A stretch of 64,000 nt of DNA from a virus (Duplodnaviria > Caudoviricetes). Positions 21,325-31,499 of this stretch are shown in pieces. Positions within the stretch are counted from its first letter, which is position 1. Every line of letters starts with the position of its first letter. The position numbers and the translations under genes were made by a program. The DNA lies in IMG/VR virus record IMGVR_UViG_3300030333_001969, positions 1,761 to 65,760 of that record; one strand, written 5' to 3'. Below the pieces are notes generated by a model. That model was not told where the DNA came from. It was given only the letters and a program-made list of their open reading frames with translations, and ran no database searches.

Positions 21325-22316
21325 TCTTTATCTGTCAGTTTTCTAAGATTTGTTCTCTTTGGGTCACCAGTTGATATAATTTTTTCTTGACGAATGCCTT
21401 GTTGTGCCATTATGTCTGCTATTATTTCATCAAAATTAATAGTAATCTTAACAGTTTGTTCAGATAGTGTGCCCGCCTTTTTATCTTTAAAAAGTTCTTT
21501 TTCTGTTACGCTAATATGCATATATTTATATATGTTTTGTTCTTTAATTAATTTCTTAATCTCTTCTTCGGTTAATAATTCTTCATCCGTTAAAGATTCT
21601 TGTTTAAGCCTTGCTTCTTTTTCTTTCTCAGTTTCATCATCCTTGGGCTTTTCATTAAGTAGGTGTTTCCAACCTTTCCTTTTAAATTTTCTATGATGTA
21701 ATGAGTCCTTTATGCCTGTGCTTTTTCTATCATCATTATCGTCAATAGTAAATAAAGTAGATGCTTCTTCTAATGCTTTACGATAAGGTACAACGTTTTC
21801 TCCTGCAATATACAATTGTGTTCCTTTTTTACCTTTTACTTTATGTGCAGATGCTAACCATTCATAACCTATTTTATCAAATACATCTTTCATCTGCATT
21901 GTTTTTGCTCTATCAGTTAATGATGTCATTAATTTATCATATGGGTCTTCGCTGCTTTTACCACTTGCAAAACCTTTAGTATATTTATAGAACTGTTCTG
22001 GAGTTAAATCTTCTATTTGCTTCCAAGTATCTTTAACATATTGCTCATATTGTATTGCATTAAATTCCATATCATTTTCATTTTCAGCATCTTCTAATAA
22101 ATTCCAGTTAAGAAAATGTTTTAGATTTTTAGTAATGTTTGCGTAGTTTTTAGGAGCAAAAGGGGCAACTATAAATTTAAGCATAAGCAGGGCTATGTCA
22201 TTTTCTAACAAATCCTCCGAAACGGTAGGAGAACTAATAACAATTGGTTCTGAACCTATTGTATATTCTCTACCATCATAGCGGATTGTACCGGGTATTC
22301 TAATCATTTGCACCAC
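21297..22316 (-). CDS. Hypothetical protein (339 aa)
   Basis: Long K/E-rich ORF in the late operon. Confidence 0.7.
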   Translation of the reverse strand: MVQMIRIPGTIRYDGREYTIGSEPIVISSPTVSEDLLENDIALLMLKFIVAPFAPKNYANITKNLKHFLNWNLLEDAENENDMEFNAIQYEQYVKDTWKQIEDLTPEQFYKYTKGFASGKSSEDPYDKLMTSLTDRAKTMQMKDVFDKIGYEWLASAHKVKGKKGTQLYIAGENVVPYRKALEEASTLFTIDDNDDRKSTGIKDSLHHRKFKRKGWKHLLNEKPKDDETEKEKEARLKQESLTDEELLTEEEIKKLIKEQNIYKYMHISVTEKELFKDKKAGTLSEQTVKITINFDEIIADIMAQQGIRQEKIISTGDPKRTNLRKLTDKEWLSLFTGD

Positions 22317-23018
22317 TTAAGCCAACCAAGCGGCCCAAGCAGCACCCTTAGAAATCATCTGCGATAGACCCAAACCACTACTAGGGGGAGTATAGGTCAT
22401 TTGACCCGTATTCGGGTCTATCCAGTAAGGGTTCCCCATTGTATCCGTTCCTGCTGGTGGAATCGGATACCCAGAATTGTTGCTAAATGCTTGTTGTTGC
22501 TGATACATGGCCTGATTAAATTGAGTTGCACCACTACCACCTTGTATTTGTGATGGGTCAACACCGCCAGCAACAGGCATTCCTGCTGATGGAGCCATTG
22601 TTGGGGCTTGTGGTTGTGGTGCAGAAAAGCCCTGTGATTCTAAATACTGACTCTTTGCCATCTTTCTTTGATAAACTACTTCTGAATTAACCGCAGAAGC
22701 CAATAGGTTTTGTAAATCAAGTTGAATGTTAGCATCTGTTATTGTATTTAGTTCAGCCTTAACAGTTTCAGTAACTCCTATTTCTGTTCCTGTTCCTACT
22801 GTATCGAATCTTAGTTTTGTTAATTGTTGACTAACAACTCTCTCAACAACATCTTCAACTAACTTTTCAAGTGCGCCCAAAAATTCTACTCCGTGGTATT
22901 GGAAAAACTCTTCTACATGATTGTCCTGTAGTGTTAGTAGATTATTAGTGGCTTTAAATTGCGCTTGTGTATTAGCGTCAATTTGCCTTGCAATGCTTTT
23001 ATTTGATGTGCCCCACAT
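22317..23018 (-). CDS. Helical plus Q/P/G-rich protein with hydrophobic C-terminus
   Basis: Helical N-half, low-complexity C-half, YWIDPNTGQ motif, ends GAAWAAWLA. Confidence 0.7.
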   Translation of the reverse strand: MWGTSNKSIARQIDANTQAQFKATNNLLTLQDNHVEEFFQYHGVEFLGALEKLVEDVVERVVSQQLTKLRFDTVGTGTEIGVTETVKAELNTITDANIQLDLQNLLASAVNSEVVYQRKMAKSQYLESQGFSAPQPQAPTMAPSAGMPVAGGVDPSQIQGGSGATQFNQAMYQQQQAFSNNSGYPIPPAGTDTMGNPYWIDPNTGQMTYTPPSSGLGLSQMISKGAAWAAWLA

Positions 23019-23019
23019 A

Positions 23020-23715
23020 TTATTGTGCCTCCGTTTGTGTTGGTTCAGGATTTATTGTTTGTTCTTCCTGTGGAATTATTTTTGCCCCGTTAGTCATTAA
23101 CTCAATAACTCTTTTATTAATGCCGTTTTGCTCCATTGTTAAACGGAAAAGTTCGTCTTCTGCATTTTCATCAGTCATGCGTGGAGGTCTTATTGTCCAA
23201 CCTGCTCCTGACAAACTCTCAATATCGGATTGCCTTAATGAAGTTAGCGGTGCTGATTGTAACATTTTAGGCACTTTGGGCATAGGTATGTATGATTCAA
23301 AAGAAAGGCCGTGTTCATCTGCTATTATCTGTTGCTCTAACATCTCATATTGTCTGTGTAATTGTGAATGCTTCTCACAATAAGTGCCTCTCATTGGATA
23401 ACCTTTTCTAACTTTGTGAAGAGGTATTGTTGGTCGCATTGGGTCAGAAGCATCCCAAACCTTATGTGTTCCGCATACAACACATCTGTCCTTAGCATTG
23501 AATTTATAGCCATAAGGTATCTTCATAAATGTTTTTCTTTCAGGCCAAAGAACCTTTAGCATTTCTTTAAGTTGTTTCTTTGGCTTGCTGCTTTTATAAT
23601 CATATTGCATTACGCCCCCTGCTGCCCTAGCAAACTTAATGGGCGGTAAGAAAGGATTTGCTGCCGTAGCAGTAGTAGCATCTATTAGTGAAGGAGGGTT
23701 ATATGTCATTGCCAT
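23020..23715 (-). CDS. Zn-finger-containing hypothetical protein
   Basis: CVVC...CEKH ligands; GGTGA RBS upstream. Confidence 0.65.
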   Translation of the reverse strand: MAMTYNPPSLIDATTATAANPFLPPIKFARAAGGVMQYDYKSSKPKKQLKEMLKVLWPERKTFMKIPYGYKFNAKDRCVVCGTHKVWDASDPMRPTIPLHKVRKGYPMRGTYCEKHSQLHRQYEMLEQQIIADEHGLSFESYIPMPKVPKMLQSAPLTSLRQSDIESLSGAGWTIRPPRMTDENAEDELFRLTMEQNGINKRVIELMTNGAKIIPQEEQTINPEPTQTEAQ

Positions 23716-23723
23716 TGTATCAC

Positions 23724-23939
23724 CTAATTACTCATAATATATCCTTCTGCTACCTTGTATAGTTCTCTAAACATATTAGGCTTACCTTTATTTTTTCTAA
23801 TGAAATCCATTACAATTGAATCTAAAGTTGCTACTTCTCCTTGTCCTTCATAGCCCTGTGCTGCATCCCACAAATGTTTATTCCTTCTTTTAAACTCCGC
23901 GTATATTTGCGCTTCATTTTTTAAAATTATATCCCACAT
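23724..23939 (-). CDS. Small protein with WxxIILK-type N-terminal tag
   Basis: Starts MWDIILKNE; coupled to the GTPase stop. Confidence 0.6.
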   Translation of the reverse strand: MWDIILKNEAQIYAEFKRRNKHLWDAAQGYEGQGEVATLDSIVMDFIRKNKGKPNMFRELYKVAEGYIMSN

Positions 23940-24607
23940 TAGTAATCCTCAATCATTGTTGCTACGCCACGATAAACCATTTCTGAATCTGATTTTGCAC
24001 TTACTATATATTTGTATGTTGGTATTCCTTTGTCATTTAATTTGTTTGCTCCATCTTTAAATGCGTCAAATATATGATGTTGTTGAATGTCTTTGAATTG
24101 ATATTTATCTTTCCATAAGTCGAATTTATTTGCCCATATTCCTACTGCTTTTGGATAATCTTTATCAGACTTTTTATATTTTCTATTTTCCATATCCCAA
24201 TAAGGAGCGCATATTGTATCTACTAAAAATGTCCAGCACAATTGTTGCTCTATATCAAAATGTTTTGTTAAATGTCTATCGTCAATCATAAAGATAATAT
24301 ATTCTACTTTTCTTGTTCTCATATCGTATAGCCATTCATTCCAATATGTTGTTTCTCCTCCTATGTCTGATGTTTTGATTGTATGTTGGTCACCATCAAT
24401 TTTAATTGTTTTTCTTAATGCTCTTTCTCTTCCAACTGTTCGTTGTTTGATTTCTGGTACATCTCCTCTTGTTCTTAATTGATGATGTAATGTTGTTTTT
24501 CCAACTTGTGTTGCACCATATACTCCAACTGCGTGAGGATTTATTTTCTTCCAAAGTAGTCCTAATTGTTCTATGCAGATGATTACAAACCCAGTCATTA
24601 CTGACAT
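23939..24607 (-). CDS. Arf/Sar1-like small GTPase (Ras superfamily)
   Basis: G1 GATQVGKT, G2 RTVG, G3 DIGG, G4 NKFD and G5 SAK in correct order; hydrophobic/amphipathic N-terminal extension. Confidence 0.85.
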   Translation of the reverse strand: MSVMTGFVIICIEQLGLLWKKINPHAVGVYGATQVGKTTLHHQLRTRGDVPEIKQRTVGRERALRKTIKIDGDQHTIKTSDIGGETTYWNEWLYDMRTRKVEYIIFMIDDRHLTKHFDIEQQLCWTFLVDTICAPYWDMENRKYKKSDKDYPKAVGIWANKFDLWKDKYQFKDIQQHHIFDAFKDGANKLNDKGIPTYKYIVSAKSDSEMVYRGVATMIEDY

Positions 24608-24615
24608 TCAATCAC

Positions 24616-24834
24616 CTAGAAATGAAATATCGAAGAAATACCTCCCCAAACCGTGCTAAAGAGATTAACCCCCAATGATGGTAAAGCATGGCCTATACAA
24701 AAACTACAGACAGAAGCAATGAAACCCCAAAAATAAAACCTTGCTCTTAGAAACCAAACATCTGCTGAATGCGCTCTTTGCATATCGTATGCTAAAGCAG
24801 ATTCATCCATGCCAAATGCAATGGCCTCTAACAT
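24616..24834 (-). CDS. Small membrane protein
   Basis: 72 aa with hydrophobic FYFWGFIASVCSFCIG segment and hydrophobic C-terminus. Confidence 0.65.
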   Translation of the reverse strand: MLEAIAFGMDESALAYDMQRAHSADVWFLRARFYFWGFIASVCSFCIGHALPSLGVNLFSTVWGGISSIFHF

Positions 24835-24838
24835 TTAA

Positions 24839-25240
24839 TCACTCAACCTGCGCTAAGAAAGAAGGAGAAACCACCTGTGGTTCTTCTGCCTTTGGTGCTA
24901 GGTTATTTGTTGGTGTTCTGTTCCAAGAGTTATTAAACTGTTGAAGACTTTGACGAACCTTTTCTCTTTGTTGTTCATCTCTAGCCCTTCTATTCCAATA
25001 GGCGGCAATTCTTCTATCTAATAGGGTCATCTCTATATAATCGTTTAAGGCAAGGTCAAAGACCGCCTTCATTACAAGTATTCCACCAATAGTCATTAGT
25101 GAAAATACTACTGCGTGTGCATAGTGTGAAAAGGCAAGCAAATTGCCATACTCAGCATAAAAGAAAACATTTATGCCACTAATGCAACCAACGAATAATA
25201 TCGTCATTACTAGTTTTGTATCTTTTTCTAACGCGGGCAT
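24839..25240 (-). CDS. Two-TM membrane protein with charged helical tail
   Basis: Two hydrophobic stretches (LVMTILFVGCISGINVFFY; AVVFSLMTIGGILVM) followed by a charged helix. Confidence 0.65.
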   Translation of the reverse strand: MPALEKDTKLVMTILFVGCISGINVFFYAEYGNLLAFSHYAHAVVFSLMTIGGILVMKAVFDLALNDYIEMTLLDRRIAAYWNRRARDEQQREKVRQSLQQFNNSWNRTPTNNLAPKAEEPQVVSPSFLAQVE

Positions 25241-25244
25241 TTAA

Positions 25245-25556
25245 TCATCTCGCTTGAGCAGAAACGATTAATTGATTAGCGGTTCTACCTGTTGTAGCGT
25301 CTGCCTTTAAGTAAAGACCTATACCCAACATAGCCCCATGATAGTCCAAATCCAGCGTAGTATTTGCAGCAACAACTATAGTTGCAAACAAATTTGCAGC
25401 AGTATCGTTTGTATCATCATATAAATGAACAGTCTGTGCTGAGTCATCTGAATTATGCACTTTAATAGACATAAGTTTAACCCTATGTGCTATCAATTGC
25501 TTTTCTTCTGCATTAGCATTAGCGTTCTTGAATACATATTGTAGTGAACCTGCCAT
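25245..25556 (-). CDS. Small beta-rich putative virion protein (probable start MAGSLQY)
   Basis: GGAG RBS before ATG at 25556; located near the capsid genes. Confidence 0.5.
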   Translation of the reverse strand: MAGSLQYVFKNANANAEEKQLIAHRVKLMSIKVHNSDDSAQTVHLYDDTNDTAANLFATIVVAANTTLDLDYHGAMLGIGLYLKADATTGRTANQLIVSAQAR

Positions 25557-25632
25557 AATCGCATCTCCTGTGAATCGTGTGAGGGGTCGCACCCCTTATG
25601 AATGTTGTCTAAAAAATTTGGTGTGTAGTGAC

Positions 25633-25658
25633 CTATGGCCCCGTTAAGGAGCCATAGG
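25633..25658 (-). terminator. Hairpin after the capsid/decoration genes
   Basis: CCTATGGC...GCCATAGG inverted repeat with a T-run shortly downstream on the minus strand. Confidence 0.45.
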
Positions 25659-25676
25659 CCACATTTATTGCGGTAA

Positions 25677-26021
25677 TCAAAGATTTCCCCAGACTCGGAT
25701 TCTTACCGAACCGTAATCAACGGAGCCACCTTCTGCGTTAGCACCAGATGTTCCTTTAATACAGTTTAACTTGAAAGAAGTTGCTCCAGCGTATTCGCCG
25801 GAAGCATCTACTTCAGGTACGGTAAAACCGATTAACGAGTCTTGACCTGTCATTGCAACACAATGGACGGTTCTCAGTCCTAATTGCGCTGCGGTGACAG
25901 TCAATCCCCCGTCTGCATAAGTATCCATATCAACTAAAGCGTCAACAACATACTCGTCACCAACGGCTTTAGGGGCAGTTATGCCCTTATGGTCAGCCAG
26001 CATTGTTACTACTAATGCCAT
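25677..26021 (-). CDS. Putative head decoration / minor capsid protein
   Basis: 114 aa right after the MCP; Y..GGL....AQLGL motif; same GC-richer codon usage and GGTGA RBS as the MCP. Confidence 0.55.
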   Translation of the reverse strand: MALVVTMLADHKGITAPKAVGDEYVVDALVDMDTYADGGLTVTAAQLGLRTVHCVAMTGQDSLIGFTVPEVDASGEYAGATSFKLNCIKGTSGANAEGGSVDYGSVRIRVWGNL

Positions 26022-26032
26022 ACTTAATCACC

Positions 26033-27451
26033 TCATGCACTACTTAGGTTGGTTATCTTACCTTGTCCCTTAAAGAAGGAACAACCAGTCTCAGCAATCG
26101 TGCGGTACATTGCCTGATTGCCAAGTTTTGCAACACCGAATGGGTTGCCGTGGTCAATACCATCTTCAAAGTATTGGGTGGGCTTCATTACTGATAGCCA
26201 TATATGGTCTGTGTCCAGAATCAGTATATCGCTTAAATCAGTAGCAGCAGCCGTCTTTGTGGTAGAAGGCATATCCTTGCAAGGTATGATGGGTATGTCG
26301 AAGTAAGTAGCGACTCTAAAGCCGACTTCTGACCCCTTTACACCTCTAACACCATTATGGGTAGGGATAATCTCCTTTCTGTCCATAAATCGCTCTTGGG
26401 ACTGTAGTAAGTCACCAAGATGCTGAATGGTGTCATATCCTGTTAGGATGACCTTAGGGCTTCCACCTGCTTCTCTAATGTTTCTTAACGCCTTGTTAAG
26501 AATGGTTAGAGTTAGTGGTCTTGTAGAAGCATATGAATCACCAAAGTCCACATACGAATCAAGATACCCTGCATCAACTGCTTGTGCTAATTTAACACCA
26601 GAAGAACCTGCACCATCAACCGTTGGTCTTCTAGCGGTTGTTCCGAACAAATCAGCCATCTCGTTAGGGAATACGTCTGAACCAGTCTTTGCTTGGTTTA
26701 GGAAACCAAAGTCCTCGTTATACATATCCGTTAACTCAGCAGATGAAGAAACTATCTTCATTAAAGAAGTATAGTTCTGGTCTGCTCTAGCAGCCGAGTT
26801 TTCTAGGTTGTAGTCTTCTAAAGGCATTAGAAGCATAGCGTTCTGCATTTCAGCGTGGTGCTTACCCATATCTTCACGGATTAGAGCGCGAATGTCTCCA
26901 ACACCGTCATCAATCTTTGCCATCTCAAGGGCCAATTCCGAGAACTCAAACAGATGAGCAACCGTCTTTGGGCTGGTCTTAAGTTGTGCATAGGTTGGTG
27001 TAATAGCAGAAATGGTTCCTGCCGTTGAATCGGCTCCAGAATCAATTGCTGCGTTCTCACCATAAGCACCTAAAGCGTCTGGACGTAGTGTATCTGCACC
27101 CTTTGCCAGCGTTGCGCTGTCACCGGACATAGAAACTTTACTGTTTCCACCGCCACCTGCTCTCTTTTCTAGCACTCTCCACCCAGAAGCCGTATATGGC
27201 CTCTTAGCGAGCATTGCAAGAGCATTGCATTCTTGGTTTATCATTGACCATACTTTCTTACCGTATGCAATGTTATATAGGGAAGATACTGCCGTTGGGC
27301 CAGTTCCAGTCAAAAGTCCGGCTGAACCATCGTGTGAAGAACCTAGTCCTCCAACAACACCTGCTGCCTTAAGCAGCGAATTTCCCTGACCGCCCTTAAT
27401 ACCATAAGTTGCGGCTTCCAAATCTTTCATTGACTTAATATATCCACTCAT
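26033..27451 (-). CDS. Major capsid protein (HK97 fold)
   Basis: 472 aa downstream of the protease. P.VILTGYDT...L, VATYFDIPIIP and DILILDTD motifs resemble archaeal tailed-virus MCPs; strong RBS. Confidence 0.85.
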   Translation of the reverse strand: MSGYIKSMKDLEAATYGIKGGQGNSLLKAAGVVGGLGSSHDGSAGLLTGTGPTAVSSLYNIAYGKKVWSMINQECNALAMLAKRPYTASGWRVLEKRAGGGGNSKVSMSGDSATLAKGADTLRPDALGAYGENAAIDSGADSTAGTISAITPTYAQLKTSPKTVAHLFEFSELALEMAKIDDGVGDIRALIREDMGKHHAEMQNAMLLMPLEDYNLENSAARADQNYTSLMKIVSSSAELTDMYNEDFGFLNQAKTGSDVFPNEMADLFGTTARRPTVDGAGSSGVKLAQAVDAGYLDSYVDFGDSYASTRPLTLTILNKALRNIREAGGSPKVILTGYDTIQHLGDLLQSQERFMDRKEIIPTHNGVRGVKGSEVGFRVATYFDIPIIPCKDMPSTTKTAAATDLSDILILDTDHIWLSVMKPTQYFEDGIDHGNPFGVAKLGNQAMYRTIAETGCSFFKGQGKITNLSSA

Positions 27452-27462
27452 ATTTAATCACC

Positions 27463-28704
27463 TTAGTTTTCATACTCCGCGATGAAGTTGTGAATCTCTC
27501 CCCAAGACATTTCAGATACATCTGGTACTTCAATGGTTTGGGTCTGAGCCTTAACAATATCATCAGACTGAGCAGTTAAAGACTTCCTAAGAAGAGTAAA
27601 CTCTTCCTTTAGTGCTTCAACTTCGTTCTTTGCGTCATACTCGTTTCGGGCAACAGAAGCCTTTCTTACGTTTTGCTCCTCTACGAACCTTTCCTCAAAC
27701 CTAGCCTTTAGAGAGTCATAAGCCATCTTCTCTAACTGCTCTGCTTTGAAAGCCTCGTAAGCCTTCTCTACATTCTCGGTGCTAAGGTCTAGTGTTGAGA
27801 AGTCGTCATTTGACCACTCCTTGTATAACTGTCCCATTTGTGCGCCTTGTGGGTGTTTCTTTGCCGTTGAATCATGGTCAGGTAATCTGCCATCTTCAAC
27901 GAAACCTTCCGGCCCCGTTTTGCCTTTGGTTGTATTATCGAAGTCAGACTCTTCTAGGTCATCGGAATCGGACTCTTCTAAGTCCATACTTTCCTTTGCG
28001 CCATCATACTCATCTCCTTCGCTTCCTTCGGAGTATTCCATGTCTTCAACGTCACCTTCTTCTGCCATAGGCACATCAACGTCATCTTCCATGCTACTCT
28101 CATCCTTTTTGAGGTTGTTAACTTCTGCCATAAGGCCGTTAAGTTCCTCAAGTGCTTTTTCCAATCTCTCAGTCATGTCACTCTTCTCCTCCTTTAATAT
28201 GTCAAACTTTGCTTCTGGGTTTATTCCTTTCTCACAAATTGTTACTTCATGGAGTTCTAATTTATCTATCTCATTATACTGGCCTAACTCTTCACTAGTT
28301 TTTTGCCTCTTTGATAATGCTTGTCCACCTATGCTGAATGAACGTAAGGTTCCTTTTCTGATACCTCTTTGAATTTCTTTTGCTTTTTCTATGTCATCTC
28401 TTAGTTTAATAACAACATAAAATCCTACATCGTCTACTTGTGTTTTATGAAGATTTCCAGATTTATCTCTATACTTCTCTATTACATCTCCGACTTGAAC
28501 GTTTGAATGATTTGACATTACATTTCTATATTTGGGTGTTGTCATATATTTATTTACTGCTTCTTCTAATGCTTTCAAAGTAATTAAATCATTTTGTTTA
28601 TCTACTATTTCTATTGAAGCGTATCCACCAATAACTAAATCATCTGATTTTAATATCCTAAAGTTTCCTTCTGTATCCGACTTCAGCAGTTGGGCTTCCG
28701 ACAC
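27463..28704 (-). CDS. Prohead protease (HK97-type) fused to acidic/coiled-coil scaffold
   Basis: IGGYAS.EIVDKQND, H in MSNHSN, LRSFSIGG and ELHEVTIC.KGINPEAKF; acidic linker and coiled-coil C-terminus. Confidence 0.85.
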   Translation of the reverse strand: MSEAQLLKSDTEGNFRILKSDDLVIGGYASIEIVDKQNDLITLKALEEAVNKYMTTPKYRNVMSNHSNVQVGDVIEKYRDKSGNLHKTQVDDVGFYVVIKLRDDIEKAKEIQRGIRKGTLRSFSIGGQALSKRQKTSEELGQYNEIDKLELHEVTICEKGINPEAKFDILKEEKSDMTERLEKALEELNGLMAEVNNLKKDESSMEDDVDVPMAEEGDVEDMEYSEGSEGDEYDGAKESMDLEESDSDDLEESDFDNTTKGKTGPEGFVEDGRLPDHDSTAKKHPQGAQMGQLYKEWSNDDFSTLDLSTENVEKAYEAFKAEQLEKMAYDSLKARFEERFVEEQNVRKASVARNEYDAKNEVEALKEEFTLLRKSLTAQSDDIVKAQTQTIEVPDVSEMSWGEIHNFIAEYEN

Positions 28705-28743
28705 ATTCCCACTTCCTTAATTTACTATATGAATGCCACGATA

Positions 28744-31266
28744 TTACGCAACTTGCATGGTTAACTTTTTATGCCTGTCTTCAGTAATATCCCATATTCC
28801 TTCATCTTTGTCTTTATCTAACATCTTTTGTTTGATTCCTGTCCAAACAACCCATGTATCTTGTTCTTTAACAGGAACCACTCTAAAGTGTAATCTAGTT
28901 TCAAACTTATCCCCATTTATTTTATATTCGTGATAACCATGCCTTTGAACACCTAACTCAATTTCTCCAGAATCTAACAATTTATCTCTTGTTGTCTTTG
29001 TAGAAACTTGTGCAGGAAACTTACCAGACTTGCCAAACAGATTATAAATATCTTCAGCATCTTCAATATCAATTGTCCACGCCATTTCTTTATCGGGCGT
29101 TCTAATAATCATTTCTAAGTTATCATCACTACCATGATATAATAAGAACTTACCCTTCTTTGGAGTCTTTTCTGCTTTAATAAGTTTATCTTTATTTGCA
29201 GTATATTTATCTTTAGTTACCTTGATAAAATCATCATAATCATTCATCCAGTTAACCATTCTTTTGATGTCTCCTGTCCATAAATCTTCAACTAACTTAG
29301 GTATCTTCTCTTTACAGAAATTAAATATTTCATTTATATGTATTCCTTTTTCTTCTGTATCTATTTCTTGTAAGTATGCTTTAATTGCTACTCTAGCATC
29401 CCCAGACTTTGCCTTCATTAACTCTTCAATTTCATGCTTCCACATATCCATGTCGGCTAAAGCATTCTTTTCCATTAGAGAGTCTCCACTAAAACCATAA
29501 ACAGTAAAGCCTTCAAAGTCAGATTTCATTATAATATCTGCTTCACCGTGAACACCATCAGTTATTACAAACTTTGTTAATGCGTCTTCAACTTCATACT
29601 TTAATGATTTCCTGCCTTCTTTAGATAATAGGTCTAATGTAATTAGTTTCTCTGGTGCTTCTACTTCTGGTATTTCAATCACTTTAGCAGTATACAGTTT
29701 ATACCCACCATTGTTCTTTCTAACTTCATCAACCTTAACCCTTACAATATCTCCAACATCTACCTTTTCTTTAGTATTCAATGCTTTACCAACTGCTAGA
29801 TATTTAAGGCCATCTAATTCTGTTCCACCATGTTCTCTTGCTTCTTCTCCGCTAAGTGGCCCTGCTCCTAAAGTATAAGAATTAAGGTTAGACTTCGTAG
29901 ATTTCTTATCTAATACAATTAAATCTAAATCTACAAATTTCTTTAATTTAATCCACTTGGGGTTTTTCTTACTTCCTTTGTAGTAAGTAGATTCTATGTC
30001 TTTAATAACAACTCCTTCTGATGTTGGTAATTCCATAATATCTTTAGAATACTTTTCTATTTCTGCTAATGAATCTGCTATCCTAGTATTCTTTTTATTT
30101 GGGAAAGACAATTCATCAGAAGAATGCTGTGCTAACTGATAAAATAGAATATTTATTCTTTCTCTTAATGGGGTATCAGTTACATTCTTTCCTTCGTGAT
30201 GTAATATATCAAATACCCTAGCCTTTAACTTTGCTTCTGGATATTTTCCTTTGAATAGATGTGCAATAGTATCTGCACGATGTAATGGTTCGTCTTTATC
30301 ATATAATATTATTTCAGCATCAAAGATGCTATCACCAAACCTCTTTTGTTCTAGTTTATCAACAATGTCTTTACATTTGGAAGTAATATCTTTTTCATTA
30401 TATGAATAAATTTTAACCTTGTCTTTTATTTTATGTAGTTGAACTCTAATGCCATCATATTTTTCTTGAACTACCCATTCTCCACTAAATCCTTTTAAGT
30501 CTTTAATATCATTTACTTCAAATATTCTATACATGGGTTTGTTTGGAATTACAAAATCTGTTTCTTCTTTTTCTTTTTCAGACTTTTCTTTTTTCTTTTC
30601 TTTCTTTAATCTGATTGCTACTAACTCTTCCCAATCTTCTTCTGTATTGTCCACTAAGAAAACTTTCTTTAATAATTCCAATGCTGGCTTAAACTTAGGT
30701 TTAACCTTAGAAGTATCCTTATCATCTCCATAGTGTTCTATAATGTAAATAGGTATATCATCTAACCTAAGGTCTAACCCCATAGCCCCTTCAGAAATGT
30801 TGCCTATGTTTATACCATGTTTTTCCCAAGCAGCAGCAGATATACTGTGTGCGTGTGTGCGTAAAGCATAGTGTATGAACATAGCATATATAGAGGGTTC
30901 AGACACAAACGTTTCTATAACGTTGTCACCCAATTGTTTAGCAAAGGGGTCATTAACTTCTTCAGAATTATAACGCAATCTTTTAATCTGAGCATACAAT
31001 TCTCTTGCTTGACTAGATTCTGCATCAAGGGCATTCTTATCGAAAACAGTTTCTTCATCTAAATATCTTTTCATTTCATTAGTAAAACTACTAAGACCAT
31101 CAAAATCATCTCTTATCTTCTTAACAGACTTTCTCCATTCTTTACCGTATTCATCAGGGTCTTCTCTCGCAGATAGATATTTGTATCTTACATCTTCATA
31201 AAAGTCAAGGACACGCTTCGCCAGCCCTGTATTCTTTTTGCGAAAGAAGACCCCAGATTGTGGCAA
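28744..31266 (-). CDS. lig: ATP-dependent DNA ligase with N- and C-terminal extensions
   Basis: Motif I EKYDGIR, III FDAEI, IIIa VFDILH, IV EGVVIKD, V KWIKLK, followed by an OB-fold region. Confidence 0.9.
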   Translation of the reverse strand: MPQSGVFFRKKNTGLAKRVLDFYEDVRYKYLSAREDPDEYGKEWRKSVKKIRDDFDGLSSFTNEMKRYLDEETVFDKNALDAESSQARELYAQIKRLRYNSEEVNDPFAKQLGDNVIETFVSEPSIYAMFIHYALRTHAHSISAAAWEKHGINIGNISEGAMGLDLRLDDIPIYIIEHYGDDKDTSKVKPKFKPALELLKKVFLVDNTEEDWEELVAIRLKKEKKKEKSEKEKEETDFVIPNKPMYRIFEVNDIKDLKGFSGEWVVQEKYDGIRVQLHKIKDKVKIYSYNEKDITSKCKDIVDKLEQKRFGDSIFDAEIILYDKDEPLHRADTIAHLFKGKYPEAKLKARVFDILHHEGKNVTDTPLRERINILFYQLAQHSSDELSFPNKKNTRIADSLAEIEKYSKDIMELPTSEGVVIKDIESTYYKGSKKNPKWIKLKKFVDLDLIVLDKKSTKSNLNSYTLGAGPLSGEEAREHGGTELDGLKYLAVGKALNTKEKVDVGDIVRVKVDEVRKNNGGYKLYTAKVIEIPEVEAPEKLITLDLLSKEGRKSLKYEVEDALTKFVITDGVHGEADIIMKSDFEGFTVYGFSGDSLMEKNALADMDMWKHEIEELMKAKSGDARVAIKAYLQEIDTEEKGIHINEIFNFCKEKIPKLVEDLWTGDIKRMVNWMNDYDDFIKVTKDKYTANKDKLIKAEKTPKKGKFLLYHGSDDNLEMIIRTPDKEMAWTIDIEDAEDIYNLFGKSGKFPAQVSTKTTRDKLLDSGEIELGVQRHGYHEYKINGDKFETRLHFRVVPVKEQDTWVVWTGIKQKMLDKDKDEGIWDITEDRHKKLTMQVA

Positions 31267-31268
31267 AA

Positions 31269-31499
31269 CTATCCCTCAGACTCAGTTACCTTTGTTTTTT
31301 GTTCATCCATTCCTTTTACGTCTGGAACAGATTCAGCCTTGGGTTTTTTAGCCTTAACAGTTTCACCGTTAGAATCTTCTGGTTCAAAGACTTGATTGCT
31401 TAACATAGAAAGAACTTCTGTTCCTTTCTTAGCAGCCTTAGTCATTAACTCTTCTAACTTTTCTTCTTTCGTCACCTTTACAGGAAGTCCGTCATACAT
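31269..31499 (-). CDS. Hypothetical protein
   Basis: 76-aa K/E-rich ORF in the head module. Confidence 0.55.
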   Translation of the reverse strand: MYDGLPVKVTKEEKLEELMTKAAKKGTEVLSMLSNQVFEPEDSNGETVKAKKPKAESVPDVKGMDEQKTKVTESEG

